DNA of 64,000 nucleotides, from the NCBI GenBank assembly GCA_944377825.1, contig CALWGA010000050.1, positions 329 to 64,328 of the forward strand, read 5' to 3'. Made by a program: the position numbers and the translations under genes. Of the stretch, positions 1-9,184 are shown piece after piece. The number at the start of each line of letters is the position of its first letter. The first letter of the stretch is position 1. This DNA comes from an uncultured Clostridia bacterium. GTDB lineage: Bacteria; Bacillota; Clostridia; Christensenellales; UBA1242. The notes beneath the pieces were generated by a model that worked only from the letters and a program-made list of their open reading frames with translations, was not told the origin of the DNA and searched no databases.

Positions 1-768
1 GCAAAGAACAGGAGTTAATTTTCTTGAAATTGTGGCATTTCTAATAGCCTTTTTGAGTTCATCAATACTGATTTCTTCGCCCTCAAAATATTTTGAAAGA
101 AGTTCATCATCAGTTTCAACAATCTTTTCGATGATTTCATCGTGTAATTTTTGTGCTTCGTCCTTATATTCAGCAGGAATATCGGTTACATCAAACACCT
201 TTCCTAAATCATCTTCATAAATCTCTGCCTTCATAGTAAGTAGATCAATAATCCCACTAAAGGTTTCAGCAGCGCCGATTGGCATTTGAATTGGAAGAGG
301 ATTGGTTTTAAGTCTTTCTCTAATTGAATCTACACAACCAAAAAAGTCAGCAGCATCTCTATCCATCTTGTTAACATAGATGATAGTTGGCACTTTGTAT
401 TTAGAAGATTGACGCCAAACAGTTTCAGTTTGAGGCTGAACTTTATCTCTCGCAGAGAGAACAAGCACCGCACCATCCAAAACCTTAAGTGAACGCTCAA
501 CTTCAACAGTGAAATCAACGTGTCCCGGAGTGTCAATGATGTTAATCTTGTGATCCTTCCAAAAGCAAGTGGTGCAGGCAGATGTGATTGTGATACCACG
601 CTCTTGTTCCTGTGCCATCCAGTCCATGGTAGCTTGACCGTCATGAACTTCGCCGATTTTGTGACTTTTACCTGTATAGAACAAAATTCTTTCGGTGGTT
701 GTGGTTTTACCAGCGTCAATATGCGCCATAATACCAACATTACGCACCATAGTTAAATCGGTAGCCAT
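1..768 (-). CDS. fusA: Elongation factor G, N-terminal 256 codons (gene continues past window start)
   Basis: Minus-strand frame is open from ATG 768 to base 1, and it is absent from the ORF track because there is no stop in the window. My translation starts [33 protein letters not shown]...[10 protein letters not shown] (GTPase motifs of EF-G). AAGGAGA lies upstream. It follows rpsL-rpsG as in the str operon. Confidence 0.9.
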   Translation of the reverse strand, partial: MATDLTMVRNVGIMAHIDAGKTTTTERILFYTGKSHKIGEVHDGQATMDWMAQEQERGITITSACTTCFWKDHKINIIDTPGHVDFTVEVERSLKVLDGAVLVLSARDKVQPQTETVWRQSSKYKVPTIIYVNKMDRDAADFFGCVDSIRERLKTNPLPIQMPIGAAETFSGIIDLLTMKAEIYEDDLGKVFDVTDIPAEYKDEAQKLHDEIIEKIVETDDELLSKYFEGEEISIDELKKAIRNATISRKLTPVLC

Positions 769-969
769 ATTTTTCTCCTTTTTTAAATCTATTTAGCAAA
801 ATTGCCTTTATCTTCCAACCTCTCTAGAATTATTGTCTTTAGAAGTTGGTTTATGCCTATGAGCATAGATTTTTTTGTAGTTTTCTTCAACCTTCTGCTC
901 GTAGGAGTTATCTTTGTTATTTCTTTCTGCAAGTTGCCTTGCTTTTGCATCATTATATGTTTTCATATA

Positions 970-1443
970 TTACCACTTATAATGAGCGAATGCTTTGTTA
1001 GCCTCTGCCATTCTATGCATTTCATCTCTCTTCTTAATGGAAGCGCCAGTGCTGTTGTAGGCATCCATAAGTTCTCCGGCAAGTTTTGCGTCCATATTGC
1101 GTTCTGCTGTTCTTTTCCTAGTGTTATTCACAATCCAGCGAATAGCAAGAGTTTGACGGCGTTCTGGTCTTATCTCCATAGGAACTTGGTATGTTGCACC
1201 GCCCACACGTCTACCTTTTGTTTCAAGCATAGGCTTAACATTTTCGATTGCTGTGAGGCAAACATCCAAAGGCTCTAAACTTGTCTTTTCTTTAATAATG
1301 TCAAATGCACCATAAACAATTCTTTGTGCAAGTCCCTTTTTGCCGTTCATCATAACTTGGTTAATGAGTTTTGTGACAACCTTACTATTATATATAGGAT
1401 CAGGCAAAACGTCTTTCTTAACCGCACATTTTCTTCTTGGCAT
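970..1443 (-). CDS. rpsG: 30S ribosomal protein S7
   Basis: ORF 970..1497 trimmed to the internal ATG at 1443, giving [28 protein letters not shown]..., the typical S7 N-terminus (157 aa). AAAGGAGAG RBS lies 6 nt upstream. Confidence 0.93.
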   Translation of the reverse strand: MPRRKCAVKKDVLPDPIYNSKVVTKLINQVMMNGKKGLAQRIVYGAFDIIKEKTSLEPLDVCLTAIENVKPMLETKGRRVGGATYQVPMEIRPERRQTLAIRWIVNNTRKRTAERNMDAKLAGELMDAYNSTGASIKKRDEMHRMAEANKAFAHYKW

Positions 1444-1486
1444 TTTAGTCTCTCCTTTTAATCTATATTTTGTTTTTTCTCTCATC

Positions 1487-1574
1487 GGCAAAATCATGTT
1501 TGCTAAGCAAACTCAAGTTTTCGCTGAAAACTTGAAACAAAATTTTCGAGTGAAAATTTTGTGATGATTTTGCC
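1487..1574 (-). promoter_or_regulatory. Perfect four-way-junction (cloverleaf-like) RNA fold in the rpsL-rpsG intercistronic region
   Basis: On the mRNA strand, closing stem GGCAAAATCAT/ATGATTTTGCC (11 bp) encloses three mismatch-free hairpins: ACAAAATTTT-cactcg-AAAATTTTGT, CAAGTTTT-cagcg-AAAACTTG and GTTTGC-tta-GCAAAC. Confidence 0.6.
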
Positions 1575-1589
1575 ACCCGCCCAAAAAGA

Positions 1590-1964
1590 TTACTTCTTAG
1601 GTCTTTTTGCGCCATATTTTGAACGGCCCTGTTTTCTGTTTGCAACGCCTGCTGTGTCAAGTGTTCCGCGAATGATGTGATATCTCACACCTGGAAGGTC
1701 CCTAACACGTCCGCCACGAACAAGCACAACACTGTGCTCTTGAAGGTTGTGACCGATACCTGGAATATAGCAAGTTCCTTCTCGACCATTAGAAAGTTTA
1801 ACCCTCGCAATCTTACGAAGAGCAGAGTTAGGCTTTTTAGGTGTTGCGGTTCTAACCGACAAGCAAACGCCACGCTTTTGTGGACATTCCTCTAAGAGTG
1901 GAGCCTTCTGCTTTTTCTCAAAAGTTTTGCGACCTTTTCTACCTAACCGGGTACATGCAGGCAT
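1590..1964 (-). CDS. rpsL: 30S ribosomal protein S12
   Basis: ORF 1590..2102 trimmed to ATG 1964 (124 aa). Contains ...[34 protein letters not shown]...[38 protein letters not shown], the S12 signature. AAAAGGAGAA RBS. Confidence 0.95.
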   Translation of the reverse strand: MPACTRLGRKGRKTFEKKQKAPLLEECPQKRGVCLSVRTATPKKPNSALRKIARVKLSNGREGTCYIPGIGHNLQEHSVVLVRGGRVRDLPGVRYHIIRGTLDTAGVANRKQGRSKYGAKRPKK

Positions 1965-2021
1965 TTTAATTCTCCTTTTAGTTAAAATTTTCAGTTTTAA
2001 ATCATGAATAGGATTTGTCAT

Positions 2022-2051
2022 AAAAAAAGACGCGAATTTCGCGTCAAAAAA
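2022..2051 (-). terminator. Intrinsic-terminator-like hairpin inside the rpsL leader
   Basis: GACGCGAA-ATT-CGCGTC (2029-2045) is flanked by A7 and A6 on the plus strand, which is T6...T7 on the minus strand. It lies about 60 nt upstream of the rpsL ATG and downstream of the consensus promoter at 2204-2232. Confidence 0.55.
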
Positions 2052-2203
2052 TATGCTAATATTAGGCAAACACGAACAGCACAATCGAAAATTCGACTTC
2101 AAAGCGACCGCTTCAAATCGGTGATATAGAATAGTTAAAAAATCACCTGCTGTTTGTTTATGCTTTTGTTAAGCATATGCTTCCGACAACGAAACACGCT
2201 TAT

Positions 2204-2232
2204 ATTATACCTATTCCACATCCCGTTGTCAA
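2204..2232 (-). promoter_or_regulatory. Consensus sigma-A promoter for rpsL-rpsG-fusA
   Basis: Minus strand reads TTGACA (2232-2227) - 17 bp (ACGGGATGTGGAATAGG) - TATAAT (2209-2204). Confidence 0.7.
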
Positions 2233-2578
2233 GCATTTTGCAAATTTAAATTGAAGATTTTGGAAATTTTATAAATTCAAAATAACAAAATAAAAAATTT
2301 TGATTTTAAACGAAGAGTAAGAGTAATATGATTTATATATAATAAGAGTAGTGTGATTTATATATAAGTTAGATTATTACATAAAGTTCACTTACAATAT
2401 AATCAATCCTTATATAAAAAATTTTTATATAATCAATTTTTGATTTTGCGAAGCGTAGAACTGTGTTTGGCGAGCATAAATCGAAAATCACATACCAAAA
2501 CCTACAGAACGAAATACAAAAAGTGAAAAAAAGTTGTGGATTGTTTGATAATAGTTTGTTTGAGATATAATCAAAACC

Positions 2579-2809
2579 ACTTTAAGTAGCGACGGCGTCA
2601 CAAACCGCACTTCATTTCAACTTTTGTCTTACGCCAAAAGTCTTACCATTCGTTTGTTTGTTCCTTTCCCCTAAAAACGACAGGCGTTTTTAGGGTTCCC
2701 ATTTAAATGAAATGAGTGCGATTTCGTTTGGTCGCTGGTAGGCGAAAACAAGTGTCAACGCGATACTTTTCGAACGAGTTCGAAAATGAGCAAAAGCGCA
2801 ATTTTCGCC
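2579..2809 (+). repeat. Copy A of a ~230-nt conserved structured element (candidate ncRNA; transcribed strand unknown)
   Basis: Aligns along its whole length, by eye at roughly four-fifths identity, with the reverse complement of 7558-7790. It folds into a long irregular helix plus hairpins, with compensatory differences between copies (see findings). It abuts the glmS stop codon. Confidence 0.6.
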
Positions 2810-4518
2810 TACTCGACAGTCACTGACTTCGCCAAATTTCGCGGTTTGTCAGGGTTGTAGCCAAAGAGTTCGCAAATGCGTAATGCCAAAAACTGCATTG
2901 GAATAACACTGACAATCGGCATTAGTTCTGTCTGCGTTTCTGGAAGTTTGACAAGTTGATAATCGAAAAAATCATCAAATTGGCTCACAACAATAATCTT
3001 CCCACCACGTGCCTTTATTTCTTCAAGGTTAGATAGAAGTTTTGTTTTAATATTTTCCTGCGTGCAAATGGCAATCACCACCGCATCGCTATCGATAAGC
3101 GCAAGTGTGCCATGTTTAAGTTCGCCAGAGGCAATGGCAAAACAGTTAATATACGAAATCTCCTTGAGTTTCAAACTCGCTTCAAGCGCAGTGATATAGT
3201 CTAAATTTCTGCCGATAAAAAACACCTTTTTAAATTTTGCAATCTGCTTCACTAATTCTTCACTGAAAGTCACATACGGAAAGTTATCAAAAATCTCTTC
3301 CTTTGGTAATGGTATATTTGCTAGATAAAGCGAGAATAGATATAGCGAAAACACTTGACAAGTGTATGCCTTTGTGGATGCCACCGCAATCTCTCGCCCA
3401 GCAAAAGTTGAAAGCACATTTTCACATATTCGGTTAAGTAAGCAGTTCTCCATATTCGTAAGTGCCAGCATAGGCAAATTCCTTTCTTTTACCATTTTCG
3501 CAGATGCAATCGTGTCCGCCGTTTCGCCACTTTGACTGACAAAGATGTGAAGTGTGTCATCCTTTAATATCTCATTGCCATATCGAAATTCGCTGGCAAG
3601 ATATGCCCGTGCATCGACGCCCACCTTTTTGAAAAATTCCGCGCCCATAAGCGAAGCATGGTATGCCGTTCCGCAAGCGATAAGCGAAATTGAATTTAGT
3701 TTTTTTGGCAACTTGATATTTTGAATGATATTCTCTTCCTTATATTTTTTTAATGTTTTTTCAAGCACATTTTTCGTTTCAAAAATTTCACTTTCCATGT
3801 GTGTTTTATAAAAAATTTCAGAAAAATCACTGTTTTTTTCAATTTTTTCGCATTTTTTAGTGATTTTTTCGCCATTTTTATTATAAAAAATTATTTTTCC
3901 ATTTTTAACGCTTGCAAATTCATCGTCGTTTAAAGCAAAATAATTTTCGCCTTTCAACGCCAAAACATCGCTCGCAATATAGACCTCATCTTCCACATTA
4001 GAAAGATATAGTGGACTTTCACGCTTGCCCAAAACCATCTCTCCGTCACTGCCCAGCACTAGCACCGCAAATGTTCCCTGCACCTTTTTTGATGCCTTAA
4101 TAACCTTATCAATCAAAGTTCCTTTTTCACAATCTATCAAATTTAAAAAAACTTCGCTGTCAGTGTCGGAAAGACAATTTAATTTAAACTCTTCTTTCAA
4201 TTCCTTATAGTTTTCAATAATTCCGTTATGCACCATGGCAAGATTTTTCGAAGTCGACAAATGCGGATGAGCATTCTTCTCATTCACGCTTCCATGTGTC
4301 GCCCAACGAGTGTGTCCGATAACAACATTCGCACTTAAATTTTCAGTCAGCTTTTTAAGACTATCAACATCTCCAATGGTCTTGATAATGTCGATTTTTT
4401 TATTATCTAAATACGCCACTCCGCACGAATCATAGCCACGATATTCCAAAATCTTCAGCCCTTGAACGACCTCTTTAACTCCATTTCCGCCACCAACATA
4501 ACCGCAAATCCCACACAT
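2809..4518 (-). CDS. glmS: Glutamine--fructose-6-phosphate aminotransferase
   Basis: 569 aa. N-terminal MCGICGYVG (Ntn amidotransferase catalytic Cys), two SIS-type segments, and C-terminal ...DKPRNLAKSVTVE, typical of GlmS. Confidence 0.95.
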   Translation of the reverse strand: MCGICGYVGGGNGVKEVVQGLKILEYRGYDSCGVAYLDNKKIDIIKTIGDVDSLKKLTENLSANVVIGHTRWATHGSVNEKNAHPHLSTSKNLAMVHNGIIENYKELKEEFKLNCLSDTDSEVFLNLIDCEKGTLIDKVIKASKKVQGTFAVLVLGSDGEMVLGKRESPLYLSNVEDEVYIASDVLALKGENYFALNDDEFASVKNGKIIFYNKNGEKITKKCEKIEKNSDFSEIFYKTHMESEIFETKNVLEKTLKKYKEENIIQNIKLPKKLNSISLIACGTAYHASLMGAEFFKKVGVDARAYLASEFRYGNEILKDDTLHIFVSQSGETADTIASAKMVKERNLPMLALTNMENCLLNRICENVLSTFAGREIAVASTKAYTCQVFSLYLFSLYLANIPLPKEEIFDNFPYVTFSEELVKQIAKFKKVFFIGRNLDYITALEASLKLKEISYINCFAIASGELKHGTLALIDSDAVVIAICTQENIKTKLLSNLEEIKARGGKIIVVSQFDDFFDYQLVKLPETQTELMPIVSVIPMQFLALRICELFGYNPDKPRNLAKSVTVE

Positions 4519-4905
4519 ATTATTCTCCTAGAAGAATATATGAAAATCAAAAATGGTTTGTTAAATTTAAAGATTTTTAAAAAAATTCACTTTATATGTC
4601 AATTATGTAATTGATATGCAACAAAAAAATAAAACACTAAAAGATAAATCTTGGATAAATCATTAAAACATGTCCGCGCTAAGTAAAATTAAAATGACAC
4701 AAAATACACAAAATATGGTGTAGTATGCTTGCATACCACACCACAAATACAACCCAAAAATAAACATACTCAAACAAATGAACACATATTTAAAGTTTAA
4801 AATTATATTAAATATATAACAATAGTACGCAAAAAAATGCAAGCATATATTGCCTGCATTTTTAATTATCTTTATATATTACCTTTTTGTTGCTATTATA
4901 ATAAT

Positions 4906-6090
4906 TTATTTCTTCCACTTATTTCTTATCTTTTCAATCCAAGGTGGAATGGACTGACTTGGATTGACATCAACGCGTGAGGTCTGCTCGTTTTGTTCAA
5001 GTTTAACTTCTTCGCCACTTGTTTGAGGATTGTATCCAAAAGGATTGAAACTTTTAAATTCGTCCTCTTCTTCCTTCTCTTCCGCTAAATTTTCTGCCTC
5101 TGGTTCTTCCTTTTTCTCTTCCTCTTCTTCGTCATCCTTGCCTTTAAAACCAGTTGCAATGATGGTTATCTCCACCTCGTCGTGCATATCTGGGTCGATA
5201 CTGCTTCCAAAGATAAGGTTGCAACTTGGGTCGATAACCTCTTTCACCATGTTAGCCGCCTCAGTAACCTCGCGAAGAGTGATGTCGCTTCCGCCCTTGA
5301 TGTTCAAAACAACACCAGTTGCGCCTTCAATGGTGGTTTCAATAAGAGGTGATGCCACCGCCTGACGCACTGCTTCCAAAGTCTTGTTCTCGCCTTTGCC
5401 TCTACCGATGCCCATGTGAGCAAGTCCGCGATTTTTCATAACCGTTTCAATATCGGCAAAGTCAAGGTTAATCATTCCAGGGAAAACGATAAGGTCGCTT
5501 ATACCTTGAATACCTTGTCTCAAAACATCATCCGCATACCTAAACGCATCCACAAGCGTAATCTTTTCAGGCAAGATTGTGGCAAGACGCTCGTTTGGAA
5601 TTATGACGATGGTGTCCACATACTTTTTAAGTTCAGCAATGCCCTTTTCTGCGTTTTCCATTCTCTTTCTGTTTTCAAAAGCGAAAGGCTTGGTCACAAT
5701 TCCGACTGTGAGAATGCCAAGTTCCTTAGCAATCTGTGCAATAACAGGAGCAGCACCAGTTCCCGTTCCACCGCCCATACCAGCCGTGATAAACACAAGG
5801 TCAGCGCCTTTCAAAACTTCCGTGATAGAGGTTTTGCTCTCTTCAGCCGACTTTCTGCCAACTTCAGGAATACCACCCGCACCCTTTCCGCCTGTCAATC
5901 TTTCGCCGATTTGTAAACGCTTTGGCGCCTTTGAGATTAAAAGTGCCTGTTTATCTGTGTTGATTGCCACAAATTCCGCAGAAGAAACATTGGCGTCTAT
6001 CATTCTGTTGACAGCGTTATTTCCGCCACCGCCAACACCAAGTACCTTGATTTTTACCACCGATGTTGAATTGAAATCTTGTTCATCCAT
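4906..6090 (-). CDS. ftsZ: Cell division protein FtsZ
   Basis: [15 protein letters not shown] and [13 protein letters not shown] tubulin-signature motifs, acidic linker and C-terminal peptide. Start set to ATG 6090 (MDEQDF...), because the track start at 6102 is a GTG overlapping the AAGGAG RBS. Confidence 0.93.
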   Translation of the reverse strand: MDEQDFNSTSVVKIKVLGVGGGGNNAVNRMIDANVSSAEFVAINTDKQALLISKAPKRLQIGERLTGGKGAGGIPEVGRKSAEESKTSITEVLKGADLVFITAGMGGGTGTGAAPVIAQIAKELGILTVGIVTKPFAFENRKRMENAEKGIAELKKYVDTIVIIPNERLATILPEKITLVDAFRYADDVLRQGIQGISDLIVFPGMINLDFADIETVMKNRGLAHMGIGRGKGENKTLEAVRQAVASPLIETTIEGATGVVLNIKGGSDITLREVTEAANMVKEVIDPSCNLIFGSSIDPDMHDEVEITIIATGFKGKDDEEEEEKKEEPEAENLAEEKEEEDEFKSFNPFGYNPQTSGEEVKLEQNEQTSRVDVNPSQSIPPWIEKIRNKWKK

Positions 6091-6169
6091 AAATAATATC
6101 ACTCCTTTTTAATATTTTAACTCTTTTTAAAGGTGTTTTGCAACTTTTTTAGAGTTATTTAATAAATTT

Positions 6170-7288
6170 TTATTCACTTAACGCACTATTCACAAGCCCT
6201 AAGATTGCTGAAAGTTCAGGTTTGTCCATTCCAGGAACTGGTGGAACGCCATATGATACATTTCGGTTCAAGCATTTTGCCAAATAGTCTTTGCCACCTT
6301 TAATCTTTGTAAGCCCTGCTCCACAAAGGTAGATTGGATAGAATGGTACGTATTCTTTCGCAAACACGCGTATGCACTCGTTGATTGTGGATGCGATAAG
6401 CCCTATTCGATAGCACACCGCCTCATTGACAAAATTGAGTGGCAACTTTAAAATTTTTCCGCCGAGAGTGGACAGTTCATATGTATCATCCTTGTCGCCC
6501 TTGAGAGATAAGACAATCTGTTTCTTCAAACTGCGCGCCTCTGTGTAGCCTATGCCACACGCTTCAGTTAAGTCGCTTGTTATGTAAGAGCCACCCATCG
6601 AAAAGGATGTCAAATTGGTCATAGCGTTATTTTTTATGAAAGCCACACTTGTCGACCTTGCTCCCACATCAATCACAATGCAAGTTCTCTCTCTTTCCTC
6701 TTCTTCCAGCACAAACATACCTTCAGCAAGCGGTTCGCTTATGTATTCCACTTGCTCAATGCCAAGTTTTGACCAAATCTTGTTAAAGAGTTTGATAAAA
6801 CCTGATTGCGCAAGCACAAGCGAAAGTTCTGCGGAGATAAAATAGCATTTTTGTTTAAGTGGATTTTGAATATTCTTCGTTTCATCAATCGTATACGAAA
6901 TTGGATTGACAGAAATTATATCCATATCATCAGCATAATTTTGCTCAGAAACCTTAGCGAAAATGGAGTCTATATCTTTTTGTGATATTGTGTGGCGATT
7001 TTTGAAATTTAGTTGGCAAGTTTTGGTTATCACTTTCGAAAACTCAGCAGGAACGCCAACATAGACCTTTCTAATCTTCTTTTTGTAAATTGATGTTATT
7101 TGAGAAAACAAGGTCATCACAGCATCGTCAAGGTATGCTTTTTCGATAAATTCGCCCTCGAAAAAGCCAGCGTAGTCGACAGACGCCTTCGCCTTGATGT
7201 TGAAGATGTTATTGACGCCTCTTTCGGCAATCATGCACGACAGTTTAGACGACCCAATTTCTATAACCGTAACACACTTTTCTGCCAT
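6170..7288 (-). CDS. ftsA: Cell division protein FtsA (actin-like ATPase), short form
   Basis: 372 aa lying immediately upstream of ftsZ. Actin-fold phosphate motifs are present (VIEIGSSKLSCMIA, VIDVGARSTSVA, YLCGAGLTKIKG). I saw no obvious C-terminal amphipathic helix. Confidence 0.8.
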   Translation of the reverse strand: MAEKCVTVIEIGSSKLSCMIAERGVNNIFNIKAKASVDYAGFFEGEFIEKAYLDDAVMTLFSQITSIYKKKIRKVYVGVPAEFSKVITKTCQLNFKNRHTISQKDIDSIFAKVSEQNYADDMDIISVNPISYTIDETKNIQNPLKQKCYFISAELSLVLAQSGFIKLFNKIWSKLGIEQVEYISEPLAEGMFVLEEEERERTCIVIDVGARSTSVAFIKNNAMTNLTSFSMGGSYITSDLTEACGIGYTEARSLKKQIVLSLKGDKDDTYELSTLGGKILKLPLNFVNEAVCYRIGLIASTINECIRVFAKEYVPFYPIYLCGAGLTKIKGGKDYLAKCLNRNVSYGVPPVPGMDKPELSAILGLVNSALSE

Positions 7289-7557
7289 AACCCCTCTTTT
7301 AACTATATTCTAACTTTTTATAGATAAAAAGTCAAACAAAAAATGAAAAATATTTATAAAAATTAAGAATTTTTAATATTTATGCAATTTGATAAAGTAT
7401 CTAAAAATTTACAAAAATAAATCGCACTATTTTTTGAAAATTTTCTGTTATTTATAGCAAAAACTTGCTTTTTTTTGCCGATTATACTAAAATTATTGAA
7501 GGAGAGAACTTTTGTAGTGCCCAAAAGTTGCAAAAGACATTGGGGAGTTTCAATTTC

Positions 7558-7790
7558 GGCGAAAACTGCACTTTTGCTCGTTTTCGAAACGAGTTCGAAA
7601 AGCATCGCACTTACACTTGTTTTCGCCTTCTCGCGACCACACGAAATCGCACTCACACCATAAACGGGAACCCTAAAAATGCTTGTCATTTTTTGGGAAA
7701 AGGAACAAACAAACGAATGGTAAGCGTTTTGATGTTTTGCATTTAAACGCGAAATGAAGTGCAGTTTGTGACGCTGTCGCGACTTAAAGT
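7558..7790 (-). repeat. Copy B of the ~230-nt structured element, inverted relative to copy A
   Basis: Its reverse complement aligns with 2579-2809, sharing blocks such as ACTTTAAGT.GCGAC.GCGTCACAAAC.GCACTTCATTTC, CTTACCATTCGTTTGTTTGTTCCT and GTGAGTGCGATTTCGT.TGGTCGC. It lies between the ftsA upstream region and serS. Confidence 0.6.
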
Positions 7791-7891
7791 AGAAGGAATA
7801 TTTACAAATTGTTTACTTTGGAAAGGCGTGGAACAGTTTTTTTGATTACAACTTTATGTTGTTAAATTCTTCATAAAATAAGGAGTTAAAT

Positions 7892-9184
7892 ATGATAGAC
7901 ATAAACTTAATAAGAACGAATAAAGAACTTGTGAAAGAAAATATTAGAAAGAAATTCCAAGACGAAAAATTGCCGCTTGTTGACGAAGTGGAAGAGTTAG
8001 ATAAGAAAAATCGCGCTCTAAAGCAAGAGGCTGACTCTTTGAGAGCATCAAGAAATAGTCTAAGCGAAAAAATCGGAAAATTGATGCGAGAAAAGAAGAT
8101 TGAAGAGGCAAACACAATCAAAGAAACCGTTAAAAAGAACAACGAACGCATCGCCGAGATTGAAAAAGAAGAGAGCGTGCTTGACAAGAAAATCAAGAAG
8201 ATTATGATGACCATTCCGAACATCATTGACGATAGCGTGCCAATCGGTAAGGACGACAGCGAAAATGTAGAAGTAGAAAGATTTGGCGAGCCAAAAGTGC
8301 CAAACTTTGAAATTCCATATCATGCCGACATCTTAAAAAGATTTAACGGCTTAGATAAGGAAAGCGCAGGAAGAACAAGCGGAAACGGCTTTTACTATCT
8401 TATGGGCGACCCAGCGCGCTTAGTTAGCGCCATGATTAACTACGCACGCGACTACATGATTGAAAAGGGCTTTATCTACTGCATCCCGCCGTTCATGATT
8501 CGAAGTGATGTTGTCAATGGCGTTATGAGTTTTGCTGAAATGGACGCCATGATGTATAAGATTGAAGGCGAAGATTTATTCTTAATCGGCACCAGCGAAC
8601 ACAGCATGATAGGAAAATTCAAAAACCAAATCATAAACGAAAAAGAGTTGCCGATAACCATGACCTCATATAGCCCATGCTTCCGTAAAGAAGTTGGCGC
8701 GCATGGCATTGAAGAGCGTGGAATCTATCGCGTTCACCAATTCGAAAAGCAAGAGATGATTGTGCTCTGCAAGCCAGAAGAGAGCATGGAGTGGTATAAC
8801 AAGATGTGGAGTTACACAGTGGAAATCTTCCGCAATATGAACATCCCTGTCCGCACGCTTGAATGTTGCAGTGGCGACCTTGCTGATTTGAAGGTTAAAA
8901 GTTGCGATGTGGAAGCATGGAGTCCGCGCCAAAAGAAATATTTTGAAGTCGGTTCTTGCTCCACTTTAGGAGACGCTCAGGCAAGGAGACTCGGCATAAG
9001 AGCAAAGGGCGAAAAAGGAAACTACTATGTTCACACTCTTAACAACACCGTGCTTGCCTCCACCCGCGCACTCATTGCCCTACTTGAGAACAACTTGCAA
9101 GAGGACGGAAGCGTGCTTGTGCCAGAGGTTCTTCAAAAATACATGGGCGGAAAGACCAAAATCGTGCCTGTCGATAAAAAGTAA
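7892..9184 (+). CDS. serS: Seryl-tRNA synthetase
   Basis: 430 aa with an N-terminal coiled-coil arm (MIDINLIRTNKELVKENI...) and class II core motifs (...FRKEVGAHG..., ...RVHQFEKQEM..., ...NNTVLASTRALIALLEN). AAGGAG RBS. Confidence 0.93.
   Translation: MIDINLIRTNKELVKENIRKKFQDEKLPLVDEVEELDKKNRALKQEADSLRASRNSLSEKIGKLMREKKIEEANTIKETVKKNNERIAEIEKEESVLDKKIKKIMMTIPNIIDDSVPIGKDDSENVEVERFGEPKVPNFEIPYHADILKRFNGLDKESAGRTSGNGFYYLMGDPARLVSAMINYARDYMIEKGFIYCIPPFMIRSDVVNGVMSFAEMDAMMYKIEGEDLFLIGTSEHSMIGKFKNQIINEKELPITMTSYSPCFRKEVGAHGIEERGIYRVHQFEKQEMIVLCKPEESMEWYNKMWSYTVEIFRNMNIPVRTLECCSGDLADLKVKSCDVEAWSPRQKKYFEVGSCSTLGDAQARRLGIRAKGEKGNYYVHTLNNTVLASTRALIALLENNLQEDGSVLVPEVLQKYMGGKTKIVPVDKK

Noticed and set aside
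1965-2102. N-terminal extensions in the ORF track: rpsL to 2102, rpsG to 1497, spoIIGA to 35919, the giant gene to 29865, cassette 3 from 61104, cassette 2 to 60853, spoVG from 52785 and spoIIR to 56980.
   Set aside because: In each case an internal ATG, GTG or TTG with a good RBS reproduces the canonical N-terminus or signal peptide. The extensions run through promoters, RBSs or the upstream gene.
4519-4905. A glmS ribozyme in the glmS 5' region.
   Set aside because: This is expected in many Firmicutes. The region is very AT-rich and I could not recognise the GC-rich ribozyme core. It contains only a near-palindrome (about 4726-4752) and the ftsZ terminator (about 4838-4870). Absence is not proven without a cmsearch.
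5030-6112. Long antisense ORFs inside ftsZ (5030..5365, 5416..5916, 5579..6112). Similar shadow ORFs lie inside rpoC, rpoB, the giant gene, the VirB4-like gene, relA, recJ and ppdK (e.g. 63245..63931).
   Set aside because: They lie opposite strongly recognisable conserved genes. Their sequences are low-complexity or Ser/Leu/Phe-rich, as is typical of antisense frames, and they have no RBS. I treat them as non-coding shadows.
7363-7746. ORFs 7363..7689(-), 7465..7746(+) and 7475..7663(+) overlapping repeat copy B.
   Set aside because: No corresponding ORFs exist in the homologous copy A (2579-2809). Substitutions between the copies preserve base-pairing rather than a reading frame, and there is no RBS.
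7558-7891. A T-box riboswitch upstream of serS.
   Set aside because: serS is often T-box regulated in Firmicutes. However, I could not find the conserved T-box sequence (..GGTGGTACCGCG..) or a terminator/antiterminator pair. The same element also occurs next to glmS and rpsL, which is inconsistent with a Ser-specific T-box. A covariance-model scan would settle this.
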